Virus record (IMG/VR): IMGVR_UViG_3300020576_005257
Location: 64,001-128,000 of that record
Strand: one strand, 5' to 3'
Length of the DNA: 64,000 bases
DNA from: a virus
Lineage: Duplodnaviria; Caudoviricetes
The notes under the pieces were generated by a model that saw only the letters and a list, made by a program, of their open reading frames with translations, did no database searches and had not been told where the DNA came from. Position 1 is the stretch's first letter. The number at the start of each line of letters is the position of its first letter. Of this stretch, positions 46,798 to 55,560 are shown piece by piece. A program made the translations under genes and the position numbers.

Positions 46798-47534
46798 TAA
46801 ATACCTACCTTGTAGATGTGTCGTTCTGATTCATCGAATCTGCTTAAATGGGATGCTTGTGAGGCGTGAGTTTTATAGTTAGAACAGAAAGGAGAACATC
46901 CTTCCAAGTTAACTAATCTTAAACCATGTACTCCATAAACTATAGTGAAAGCTAATTCTGCGTTTTCAAAACTAGTGTAATCGGTTCCGTTATTATGTGG
47001 AAGATGTCCAGCATTATTTACTGATACTGTATCTAAATTAGTTTTACTGGAAAAACCACACCCGCCACCTGAATGCCATCCATTAGGTGTATTAACTATG
47101 GGGGCTAATGATACAAAGCCTATAGTAGGGTCTGATTCAAGAGTATTAACTGCATCTAGATAAATATTATCTTCTGTAATTATAACATCATCCTCTAAAA
47201 AACACCAATAATCATATTCATCTTTGTGCTGTTGGTAAGCATAGTCGTAAGCAGCAAAGGATCCTCCTGTATTAGGCCTTGTGTGGCACTTATAGGTGCC
47301 TCTGAATGATGGGGTGCCATCTAATGAGTCTAGGTAAACATTAGCCCCATGATAGCCAGCCTGATTGTTTACCAGAATCACATCACAATCAATTCCTGGA
47401 TCAATTTTCTTATCCCACTCTATGTGATGCTGAAAAAGCTCCAAGGAAGCTTCTGGAGTAGTGGGGTTATTGTTGAGAGTTCTCCTTGCCCCAAAATATA
47501 CAGCAATGACTTTACAGCATTTTTTCGTGTTCAT
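46797..47534 (-). CDS. putative GT-A-fold glycosyltransferase (start moved to ATG 47534)
   Basis: VILVNN, RPNTGGSFAAY, FLEDD. Confidence 0.6.
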   Translation of the reverse strand: MNTKKCCKVIAVYFGARRTLNNNPTTPEASLELFQHHIEWDKKIDPGIDCDVILVNNQAGYHGANVYLDSLDGTPSFRGTYKCHTRPNTGGSFAAYDYAYQQHKDEYDYWCFLEDDVIITEDNIYLDAVNTLESDPTIGFVSLAPIVNTPNGWHSGGGCGFSSKTNLDTVSVNNAGHLPHNNGTDYTSFENAELAFTIVYGVHGLRLVNLEGCSPFCSNYKTHASQASHLSRFDESERHIYKVGI

Positions 47535-48222
47535 AGCTAAGTTCAAATATGTTGTGAATAAAAATCGGTGTGGCTGAAAAATCACACACTCTTTTTAGTT
47601 TAAGTTCTGGGTGGAGTTTTATATAGTCGTCTAGTTGTTTTTGGGTGATCGTCACATATCCGTAGAAATCTTCATTTATATGTGGTTCAGGATAGCTTAA
47701 AGAGTATTCTTCGCTAATAAAACAAGAGAAAACTATTTTAGCTTTAGGTGATATTTTAAAGCACTCAATAAGCTTATCTAATGTTTTATATATATTTTCA
47801 ATTGTCAAATGAGTAAAAACACTAATAAGAGTAATACAGTCTAAAGGTTGTTTTAGAACATCTTCTAAATGGGATTCTATGTGTCCAAGTGTCACTCTAG
47901 GGTCGTTTAATAATCTTTGACCAATAGTTATTCTCTCAATACCATGAGCACTTAGAGGTTCTAAGCCATAATAAGTAAAATCGTTAAGACGAGCACTAAT
48001 AAAATTGGCTAATACCCCAGCACCACAACCATAATCTAAGATCTTGAAACCATTTTCAAAACTATTTACAGGCTCAAGGAAAGAGCACATACCAATAGAT
48101 GCATGGGGCTCATTAGAAATACCACCATATAATGAAACTATCTCTGGATGATTGTGATTGATAATTGGGTTATTTTGAGTTGTTACCCATTTGGTTTCCC
48201 ATATTTCATTACTGTTATACAT
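47512..48222 (-). CDS. class I SAM-dependent methyltransferase
   Basis: ILDYGCGAG, SVFTHL. Confidence 0.88.
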   Translation of the reverse strand: MYNSNEIWETKWVTTQNNPIINHNHPEIVSLYGGISNEPHASIGMCSFLEPVNSFENGFKILDYGCGAGVLANFISARLNDFTYYGLEPLSAHGIERITIGQRLLNDPRVTLGHIESHLEDVLKQPLDCITLISVFTHLTIENIYKTLDKLIECFKISPKAKIVFSCFISEEYSLSYPEPHINEDFYGYVTITQKQLDDYIKLHPELKLKRVCDFSATPIFIHNIFELSYEHEKML

Positions 48223-48784
48223 GTTTCAACCACTTCTCATCTTTTGATAATCTTTGAATTGCTTCTTGATTTCGATCCTTTAAGAAAGTCAATGGGTGTC
48301 CTACGTACACACTGTATGGATTAAGTAGATCTTTCTTCCAGACAACTGACTTCAAACCTATAGTTGTACCTTCTGGTAGGGTGACTCCTGGCATTACAAT
48401 TACATCCGAAGCTACACCCGAATATGAGTTTAGTTCTATATCTCCGTGGTAAACCTTATTATTTCCCCAATATTCGTTTACAGGCCCCTGTTCACCTGAG
48501 TAGTCTTCACTCCCACAAAAGAACTTAGAACCATATCCGATAAAGCACCAGTCCCCTAAAGTGATTGTGTGTTTACCTCCTCCTGATAAAACTACGTGGC
48601 TACATATCTGAATATTGTTGCCAGTTTTAAGCCCCGTAGTTATGAGGGAAAACGGATCTATACGAACCCTGTCACCTAGAAATACCTGAGAAGGATTGGT
48701 GAAGATGACGTTGTGGCCGATATATACATTTTCACCACAGCCACCTAATTTCTTTTTCCAGCTATCATCCCATCCTATGCTCAT
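48215..48784 (-). CDS. hexapeptide-repeat (LbH) sugar acyltransferase
   Basis: CGENVYIG, LGDRVRID, VMPGVTL, VYVGHP. Confidence 0.88.
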   Translation of the reverse strand: MSIGWDDSWKKKLGGCGENVYIGHNVIFTNPSQVFLGDRVRIDPFSLITTGLKTGNNIQICSHVVLSGGGKHTITLGDWCFIGYGSKFFCGSEDYSGEQGPVNEYWGNNKVYHGDIELNSYSGVASDVIVMPGVTLPEGTTIGLKSVVWKKDLLNPYSVYVGHPLTFLKDRNQEAIQRLSKDEKWLKHV

Positions 48785-49628
48785 ATACTTTCTCCATATA
48801 CTCTGTAATTGCTTTGTCTAAACTGGGAAGATTACCTATTTTATTATCTAGCTTGGTAGTATCTAATACGCTATTTAAAGGTCTTTTAGCAGGGGTATTA
48901 TATTTATGGGTAGGGACTGGTTCAATTTCTACTTGTTTGGTGGTATAGAAAGTAAACAATCTTTCGGCAAACTCATACCAAGACAAAGCCTCTGGACCAG
49001 CACAATGATAAATCCCGTTATATTCATCTGGATCCTGTAATATTTTACATACTTGAGCGGCTAAATGTGGGGCGTAGGTTGGGCATGTTAATTGATTATC
49101 AACCACTCTCAAATGTTTTTGATCATTATAGGCATTTATAATGGTTTCTGGAAAGCAGCAAGACTTATGATCAAACAAAGCACTGGTTCTAATAATCAAA
49201 TTATTACCACCTGAGGTAAGAACTGCTTTCTCTCCTTTATATTTAGTTAGACCATAAAAATTAAGTGGATTGACAATATCATTTTCTATATATCCTCTTT
49301 TTAATTTGCCATCAAAAACATAATCTGTACTAAATGTAATTAATTTAGATCCTATTTTTTTACAAAATAAAGATAGCAAATATGGTCCTAGAGTATTAGT
49401 TTTAATCGCTAACTCTCTCTCAGTTTCAGCTAAATCCACTTTTGTATAAGCAGCACAATTGATAAGGATGTCAAAACTCAAATCGTCAAGATACTGTACA
49501 TCTTCCACATTAGAAATATCTAATTGTTTTCTTGTAAAAGCTAAGACCTTGAAATCTTTAGATAGAGCTTTAACTAAAGCTCTTCCAAGCATTCCATTTG
49601 CACCTAGAATAACTATTCTGTCGGACAT
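48765..49628 (-). CDS. rmlD: dTDP-4-dehydrorhamnose reductase
   Basis: GANGMLG, NCAAYTKVD, STDYVFDG, YGLTK, PTY, AKRP. Confidence 0.92.
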   Translation of the reverse strand: MSDRIVILGANGMLGRALVKALSKDFKVLAFTRKQLDISNVEDVQYLDDLSFDILINCAAYTKVDLAETERELAIKTNTLGPYLLSLFCKKIGSKLITFSTDYVFDGKLKRGYIENDIVNPLNFYGLTKYKGEKAVLTSGGNNLIIRTSALFDHKSCCFPETIINAYNDQKHLRVVDNQLTCPTYAPHLAAQVCKILQDPDEYNGIYHCAGPEALSWYEFAERLFTFYTTKQVEIEPVPTHKYNTPAKRPLNSVLDTTKLDNKIGNLPSLDKAITEYMEKVYEHRMG

Positions 49629-50461
49629 TTTGTTTCAGAAAATAATGGTCTAAAAAGTTTCTTCAGATGATCAACATCTATATTGTTAACTGCCATATTA
49701 AGCTCTAATCCTAGTTGATTAGGATGTTGAGGAGAAACGGCTACCAACCACTTAGGTATGGCACAAGAAATAACCATAAAGTTACAACCCACAGCAGAGG
49801 CAAAGAACCTAATTCCCGTATCCACGCTTATACAGCCATTAGCATACTTCAACAATGCAGCTATATGTTCTAGCGGATAGCCATAAAGCTTAGTCCAAGG
49901 CCAATCTTGAAATCTACCTTCTTCTAGATCTTGTTCCGACCCTATAGCGATAGGCTCAATACCCATAGCTTTTAATTGTTCACCCATTTGAAGCCAATAA
50001 ACGTTACTAAAACACTTATTAGGTTTATTGATTTTGGGATCATGTGAAGTACAAGAAGCACTGTGCCTAGCACACAATACAAACGGCTTATTAATTAGAG
50101 TTTTAAAGATCTCTAAAGCAGCAACATCGTCCTCAGGAGTAGGTTGATAGATAATAGAATTGTTAAGAACATTTAAACCTATTTGAGCACCATATCCCTC
50201 AGTCATAGGGATATGTAAGTTCTGTCCTATTTCCATAGCTTTACAACAATCCATAACCATATCTCCTTCTTGGGCTGAATCGTTGAATACGATTTCATCT
50301 ATATATGGGTTACGAGTATGAATGATTCGACTAATACTCTTCTCTGGAACTCTGTAAGTAATTTTACAGTTTGGATCGTAGGCTTTAATAGATCTAATAG
50401 TTGGAGATTGCATGATAGCGTCCCCAATTAGATTCCTACAAAAAAAAGTAATTTGATTCAT
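49613..50461 (-). CDS. GT9 (heptosyltransferase-like) glycosyltransferase
   Basis: IGDAIMQSPTIRSIK, NPYIDEI, ISVDTGIRFFASA. Confidence 0.8.
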   Translation of the reverse strand: MNQITFFCRNLIGDAIMQSPTIRSIKAYDPNCKITYRVPEKSISRIIHTRNPYIDEIVFNDSAQEGDMVMDCCKAMEIGQNLHIPMTEGYGAQIGLNVLNNSIIYQPTPEDDVAALEIFKTLINKPFVLCARHSASCTSHDPKINKPNKCFSNVYWLQMGEQLKAMGIEPIAIGSEQDLEEGRFQDWPWTKLYGYPLEHIAALLKYANGCISVDTGIRFFASAVGCNFMVISCAIPKWLVAVSPQHPNQLGLELNMAVNNIDVDHLKKLFRPLFSETKCPTE

Positions 50462-51210
50462 AATGTGTTGTAAGGCTCCCAGAGCAACTCAAGATTAAAA
50501 TTAGCCAACCAGTCTAGCCGATGTCCCCAGCTTTGCCCAGCCCGATGTTCTACTCCAGGAAAGTTAACGTAAGCTGTTTTATACCCATACATTCTAATTA
50601 GATTAGAGAAATATCTATCACTACCAATATGGGCAAGTCCTTTTAATCCCGCAAACTCTGGGTAGTTGGTAGTTGGTCCACCTAAATCAGTCTCACAAAA
50701 AACTCCTACCTTTTTAAATACCTCAAACTTCACGCACATAAAGTGGCCAGTTACAAAATGAGGACTCTCAACAATAGTATAAGTTTCCTTTGGATGGTGT
50801 TGAGGACTATCTGTATATCCAGTCAACCCCATATCAGTATTCACGGTAAATGGGATAAGGAGATTTTCAAATCCATTTTCCTTTAACATACAATCGCTAT
50901 TAACGATGAAACAATACTCAAAAGGAATTCTACGATGCTCGTTAGCTGCTCTAATCCCCGTGTTCACAGCTCTAGTAAAGAGCTGCTGTTTACCTAGAGT
51001 AATTAATTGGTAGTTTTTAGTGGGGTGTGTTTCTAATATTTGTCTGAGAGCCCTATGAGTCTCAGGAGTAGAACAATCATCTACCACAATTAAATACATT
51101 TCTGGATGGTTGGTGATAATCCAATCCAAAGTTGCTGTAGCGTATTCTGCCGCATTGTGAACAGGAACTATCGCTACTGAGTTTTTTAACATTGTTTCAA
51201 TATTATTCAT
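50458..51210 (-). CDS. GT2-family glycosyltransferase
   Basis: IVPVHNA, VVDDCS, FTRAVNTG, VNSD, FKKVGVF. Confidence 0.85.
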   Translation of the reverse strand: MNNIETMLKNSVAIVPVHNAAEYATATLDWIITNHPEMYLIVVDDCSTPETHRALRQILETHPTKNYQLITLGKQQLFTRAVNTGIRAANEHRRIPFEYCFIVNSDCMLKENGFENLLIPFTVNTDMGLTGYTDSPQHHPKETYTIVESPHFVTGHFMCVKFEVFKKVGVFCETDLGGPTTNYPEFAGLKGLAHIGSDRYFSNLIRMYGYKTAYVNFPGVEHRAGQSWGHRLDWLANFNLELLWEPYNTL

Positions 51211-51878
51211 TTTGTAAACTTTAGTGTTGGCGTAAAGAGATAACCTTCTTCCACATGCAGACCAAATCTTTCTTTAATTATGGAAGTTATTTCAGTTGCT
51301 GCTATATTAAATTCTTCCCACATCTTTTTAGATTTACCCATTTCAACTTTTTTATATTTTGGTTCACATCTTTTTCTAACATGAAATTCAAGATTAGAAT
51401 GAAAACGCAAACTAAAATTATTAGTTATATTTCCAGGAGTTTCCCAATAAGCTCCATGTAAACCAATAGCCAAATTAGAAAACGGAAGGTCTTTGTAGAA
51501 TCCTATTAAATTAGAAACCCCCATAGCTTTCGACCACAATGAAAAACCTGTAGTGTAATTAGTGATTACTACAGGAGAAATTTTTTGATAGGCCTTAATC
51601 ATCTTTCTGACTTCCTGGAGATTAGCGGCATATACGTGACACCACCAATAAGGCTCTACTTCCAGTTGTTTGGGATTGTTTATTACAGTATGTAAAATGG
51701 CTTGACCAGTAAAACTCTGTAAATCTAAATAAGGACAATGAATAACCTTAGCAGAAATTCTTTTAGCTACTAATTCAGCTATTAGCTTTTTACCACAATC
51801 TGGTACACCAGTAATTTCAATTATAGGATGCAGTAAAGGAGGCGGAGGGGGTAATCCATGCAGTTTAGCCTTTTTCAT
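51207..51878 (-). CDS. divergent thymidylate-kinase-like P-loop protein
   Basis: IIEITGVPDCGKK, P...SFTGQAI, YAAN. Confidence 0.55.
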   Translation of the reverse strand: MKKAKLHGLPPPPPLLHPIIEITGVPDCGKKLIAELVAKRISAKVIHCPYLDLQSFTGQAILHTVINNPKQLEVEPYWWCHVYAANLQEVRKMIKAYQKISPVVITNYTTGFSLWSKAMGVSNLIGFYKDLPFSNLAIGLHGAYWETPGNITNNFSLRFHSNLEFHVRKRCEPKYKKVEMGKSKKMWEEFNIAATEITSIIKERFGLHVEEGYLFTPTLKFTK

Positions 51879-52140
51879 TCTCGTCTTCTGCTGGCTGGCC
51901 CATTACAATCATATAACGATTGATGACTTGTTTTAAAGGAAGAAAGGTGATCATATAGCGATCACCTTTTAATACTAAAAAGGTCAAGGCCTTTCTTCCT
52001 CTAGTAAGATTAATAAGGTTACGAGGTTTTTCTTCTTTGATAGAATGAGCTATGCGTTGTACCGCTTTTACTTTGTAATCAAGTATAGCTACAATTTCAT
52101 CAGCGGCAACCATGTTGCCAAAACCTATGTGAAGTAACAT
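51865..52140 (-). CDS. remA: RemA/DUF370-family regulator
   Basis: LLHIGFGNMVAADEIVAIL ... LINLTRGRK, 91 aa. Confidence 0.85.
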   Translation of the reverse strand: MLLHIGFGNMVAADEIVAILDYKVKAVQRIAHSIKEEKPRNLINLTRGRKALTFLVLKGDRYMITFLPLKQVINRYMIVMGQPAEDENEKG

Positions 52141-52563
52141 TTACAACAAACCTTGAATTTGATTATACTGACTCTGATCAATGGAAGCAAACACATCTTC
52201 TTCCGTATGGGTAATTTTGGAATAGTTGGCTAGAACTTCCTTAGACTCTTCCATTTTTTGGTAGTCTTCAATAGTAGCACCACCACAAGTTCCAGGCTCA
52301 GCATCTGGGTGTGCAAAAGGAGCATTAACTGCTGTTTGAATTACTTTTAATGCAACTTGTACATCTGGTTCGAATTCACCTTCTGGAAGACATCCACCCA
52401 AATTATTTGCAGGTCTAACTCTGGTTTCACATAAAGCACAAAGACGACAGTGCTTATCGTAGTTTTGGCACTTATTAGTTACCAAACACTGAGAATATCG
52501 TGGACACTTGAATTTCAAGTGGGTTGGATAAAGGAAACCTCTGGAAATACTTGGAGCTTGCAT
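52141..52563 (-). CDS. Cys-rich hypothetical protein
   Basis: CPRYSQC, CQN, CRLCALCE. Confidence 0.65.
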   Translation of the reverse strand: MQAPSISRGFLYPTHLKFKCPRYSQCLVTNKCQNYDKHCRLCALCETRVRPANNLGGCLPEGEFEPDVQVALKVIQTAVNAPFAHPDAEPGTCGGATIEDYQKMEESKEVLANYSKITHTEEDVFASIDQSQYNQIQGLL

Positions 52564-52564
52564 A

Positions 52565-53002
52565 TTACAATTCGGTGATTATTCCGTCTACATTATCAAC
52601 TCTGGCCATTTTTTCAATCTTCTGATCAAGTTCTAGGACTTGTTTATAAAGAGATCTAATATTACCATTCAACCATTCGTAATCTACTGGCTGAACATTT
52701 AATTCATCATCTTCTGTGGCGTCAAGGTTGACTCTCCAGTTTTCAAGGAATTGATAAACCCCACCTAAAAATTCTCTTTGCATAGTGAGACCAATTAAAG
52801 ACTCACCACTATCTTCCTTTTTAAGCATATTGGCAATAAAGTCTTCACCAGAGGTGGCTGTTTCTATGGCTAGCTGAGCAGCCTCTGCCATCTTAGCATC
52901 CCTGTTCTTTGGAGTCCAACCAGAAAGGTCAGTCAAGGAATCAATCCTTGGCTTAAATACACTCATAGTGGAATCCATCAATATTTGATCTAATGTTCTC
53001 AT
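52565..53002 (-). CDS. hypothetical protein
   Basis: 145-aa ORF. Confidence 0.65.
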   Translation of the reverse strand: MRTLDQILMDSTMSVFKPRIDSLTDLSGWTPKNRDAKMAEAAQLAIETATSGEDFIANMLKKEDSGESLIGLTMQREFLGGVYQFLENWRVNLDATEDDELNVQPVDYEWLNGNIRSLYKQVLELDQKIEKMARVDNVDGIITEL

Positions 53003-53283
53003 GTGGGTCTTTTTGTAATCTCCGTAAGTTTAGTGGCTAAAATGTTTTCTGTGCTGGAATAAGCAATGAGGGTTTTTCGATTCCTCAAAAACCAAAGCAG
53101 ACTTGGAATAAATTTCTTTGGGTATTTGATTTCTTTAATTAAAGTATGGGCATCTAGAACTTCATTAAGTTGCTCTAATAAAAATAAACTTTCATCTGTT
53201 TTCTTATCTTTGATAAGAGTATAGGAATATTGAATAGCTTCTTTTAGTACAGCACATAAATTAGCATGACGATAAAACATCAC
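52999..53283 (-). CDS. hypothetical protein
   Basis: Overlap-coupled ORF. Confidence 0.55.
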   Translation of the reverse strand: MMFYRHANLCAVLKEAIQYSYTLIKDKKTDESLFLLEQLNEVLDAHTLIKEIKYPKKFIPSLLWFLRNRKTLIAYSSTENILATKLTEITKRPT

Positions 53284-53882
53284 TCTTCCTCCAGAATACC
53301 GTAAATATCAGTGTGCATAACTAAATATCTTTTCTCATTAAGCCCCAAAGATTCCAAATGAACTACAAGAGGCTTATGTGGATCAAAGGTAATCATGTCA
53401 CCAACTTTAACCTGGAATTCAATTGGGTTTCCAGAAATATCTTTCCAACCCTGACCTAAGCTTTTTACTATGGCTCTACAGGGTGGAGTCTTTCTAGAAT
53501 CCACCATTACTACAGTCTGTTCGGTATCTGGGTCGTCAATCTTTTCAACCTCAACAAATACTCCAAGAGGTTTGATTTTATAGGTTTTTTGATCTTCTAA
53601 AATACACATCATATCTAATTCAGAGGCAATATAACAATCCTCACCGCCAAGTTCTGATAGGTTTACTAGCTCTCTTCCGTGAGCCATAACATATACAAGA
53701 TCACCTGGTTTAACAGTTGGTGGTTCGATAATTCCATTGAAATCAGGGAAACCTGGACCAACATCTAGAACCTCACACCATCTAAATTCTCTAACAGCCT
53801 GGTCTTGAATTAAAACATCAGGATTGTATTCATTAATAAGTTTTAGCGTGATATGGTTATTTAAGGGTTTTATTTTAAGCAT
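53280..53882 (-). CDS. tandem double-domain GroES/Cpn10 co-chaperonin
   Basis: Two units: IKPLNN..EVLDVGPG..VKPGDLV and IKPLGV..VKSLGQG..VKVGDMI..DIYGIL. Confidence 0.85.
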   Translation of the reverse strand: MLKIKPLNNHITLKLINEYNPDVLIQDQAVREFRWCEVLDVGPGFPDFNGIIEPPTVKPGDLVYVMAHGRELVNLSELGGEDCYIASELDMMCILEDQKTYKIKPLGVFVEVEKIDDPDTEQTVVMVDSRKTPPCRAIVKSLGQGWKDISGNPIEFQVKVGDMITFDPHKPLVVHLESLGLNEKRYLVMHTDIYGILEEE

Positions 53883-53889
53883 AGTCTAA

Positions 53890-54357
53890 TTAAAATTCAG
53901 AAGCAGGAAAAGGTGGCGGATCCTCTTTAGGTAAAACTTCAGTTTCCTCTATCTTTTCTTTTTTACTTGTTTTCTTTTTGATAACTTTAACTTCTTCTTG
54001 CATTGTTTCAGAAGCTTGAGCCTGTTCAGCATACATTGCTCTCATAGTTACTTCTTGAATCTTCTTCATTTCTTCATAGACCTGTTTCATTTTTCTTCTG
54101 TGTTCTAGGGTCTGTGCCATGTGCATAAGAAGAATACTAAAAGTGTCTTCTGGAAGAGTAGTGGAAAGCATTGCTTCAAGAACCTTAGCATCTCTAACAG
54201 GATTAGATTCTATTTTTGGATCAATTGTAATTGATTGTAAAATAGTTCTAGTTCCGTGTAGATAAATAGCCTCGGAGTTCATAGACTTCTGGGTACTAGG
54301 AGTTTGAGGTTCTCCTTCGCCGTCTTCATAAAAATCATCAAATATTTCTGGAATCAT
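53890..54357 (-). CDS. hypothetical protein
   Basis: 155-aa ORF. Confidence 0.65.
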   Translation of the reverse strand: MIPEIFDDFYEDGEGEPQTPSTQKSMNSEAIYLHGTRTILQSITIDPKIESNPVRDAKVLEAMLSTTLPEDTFSILLMHMAQTLEHRRKMKQVYEEMKKIQEVTMRAMYAEQAQASETMQEEVKVIKKKTSKKEKIEETEVLPKEDPPPFPASEF

Positions 54358-54707
54358 TACTCAACCTTATAATCAAACATTCTCATACCAGAGTTGCAGA
54401 TGCTTTTAGCTTCTGCGGCTACATAGGTTTCAATATAATCTCTCCAATCTCTAAAACCATTAATACTTCCATCTTCACCAGTCCAACTGGGCTTATCTCT
54501 TAAATAAGGCGTAAGATCAAAAGAAGTTTTTCTAACTGATTTAATAGTTTGAGACAGACCAGATAATTCTAAAGTAACTTGTGGCTTATCTTTACCCTGA
54601 TATTTGACAATAAAAGTAACCTTATCACCAGGTTCTGTATTACTATTAATAGATAGTTCTAAGAAGTTGGTTAAAGATCGTAACATCTTTTTAACTATGT
54701 GTTTCAT
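54357..54707 (-). CDS. hypothetical protein
   Basis: 116-aa ORF, TAATG-coupled. Confidence 0.6.
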   Translation of the reverse strand: MKHIVKKMLRSLTNFLELSINSNTEPGDKVTFIVKYQGKDKPQVTLELSGLSQTIKSVRKTSFDLTPYLRDKPSWTGEDGSINGFRDWRDYIETYVAAEAKSICNSGMRMFDYKVE

Positions 54708-54709
54708 AT

Positions 54710-55390
54710 TTATAACTCATTTAACAAAGATGATTTAATAGATAACAGAACCTTTCTAAGTTCTTTCTCTGAGATTTTAAGATTTCTCTTAATTTCAACT
54801 TTAGTGTAGCCATCAGATAACATATTAGCTACTTGTCTTTCTTTAAGATTCTCTTTCTCGTTAAAGAGCCTAGGAAAAGGATTATCTAGCTCATCTTCAA
54901 TACTATGATAATCTTTATTCTTAAAGTTTCTGGAAATTAGGTTTGATTCTGTTTCAGCTCTTGACTGTAATTTGTTTACTTTTCTTAGTCTGTTTCTGAT
55001 TGAGAATCTAAGTGTAACCATGAAGTAATTGTATAGTTTCTTATTTAAAGATCTAAGCTTATTTTCATAGCTCAACTTATTATCTATACCTAGAACTGAG
55101 ATGTTACTATTGTCTTTAAGGAATTCATTAATCTCCTCAAAGTTAACTTTATCATTAATCTTAGCATAGATTAATCCAGTTAACTCTTGATACATATCAG
55201 CATCATCTTCAATCTCTTTTCTTACTGGTTTGTAACCTTCAAGTCTAAGAGACTCATTGATTATCTTAGTAATCATAGTAGTCAATGCAACTTCGTAATT
55301 ACCAAGATCTCTTTTCCAGTTAATCAATAAGTTAATTAATTGTGTAGAGTTACCATATCCAGTAAACTTTGCTTGTTTTAGTAATCTCAT
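54710..55390 (-). CDS. sigma70-family-like factor
   Basis: Region 2-like DADMYQE...LYNYFMVTLRFSIRNRLRK; region 4 HTH ERQVANMLSDGYTKVEIKRNLKISEKELRK. Confidence 0.7.
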   Translation of the reverse strand: MRLLKQAKFTGYGNSTQLINLLINWKRDLGNYEVALTTMITKIINESLRLEGYKPVRKEIEDDADMYQELTGLIYAKINDKVNFEEINEFLKDNSNISVLGIDNKLSYENKLRSLNKKLYNYFMVTLRFSIRNRLRKVNKLQSRAETESNLISRNFKNKDYHSIEDELDNPFPRLFNEKENLKERQVANMLSDGYTKVEIKRNLKISEKELRKVLLSIKSSLLNEL

Positions 55391-55424
55391 ATACTAAGTT
55401 TTCTCTATTTGATAAGGTTCTCTA

Positions 55425-55452
55425 TGTGTAGAGTCTCTTTGTAAATTGTCAA
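55425..55452 (-). promoter_or_regulatory. possible host sigma70 promoter upstream of the sigma-like gene
   Basis: TTGACA-16 nt-TACACA on the - strand; -10 box imperfect. Confidence 0.3.
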
Positions 55453-55560
55453 AAGATTGTAACTTAAGTTTGTCCTTACCTAAGTATTAATCTTCATTTA
55501 TGTAACCTTTCGCGTCGAGCTTATTGCTCAACTTTTTTGACTTTTTTTTCAAAAAATCGG

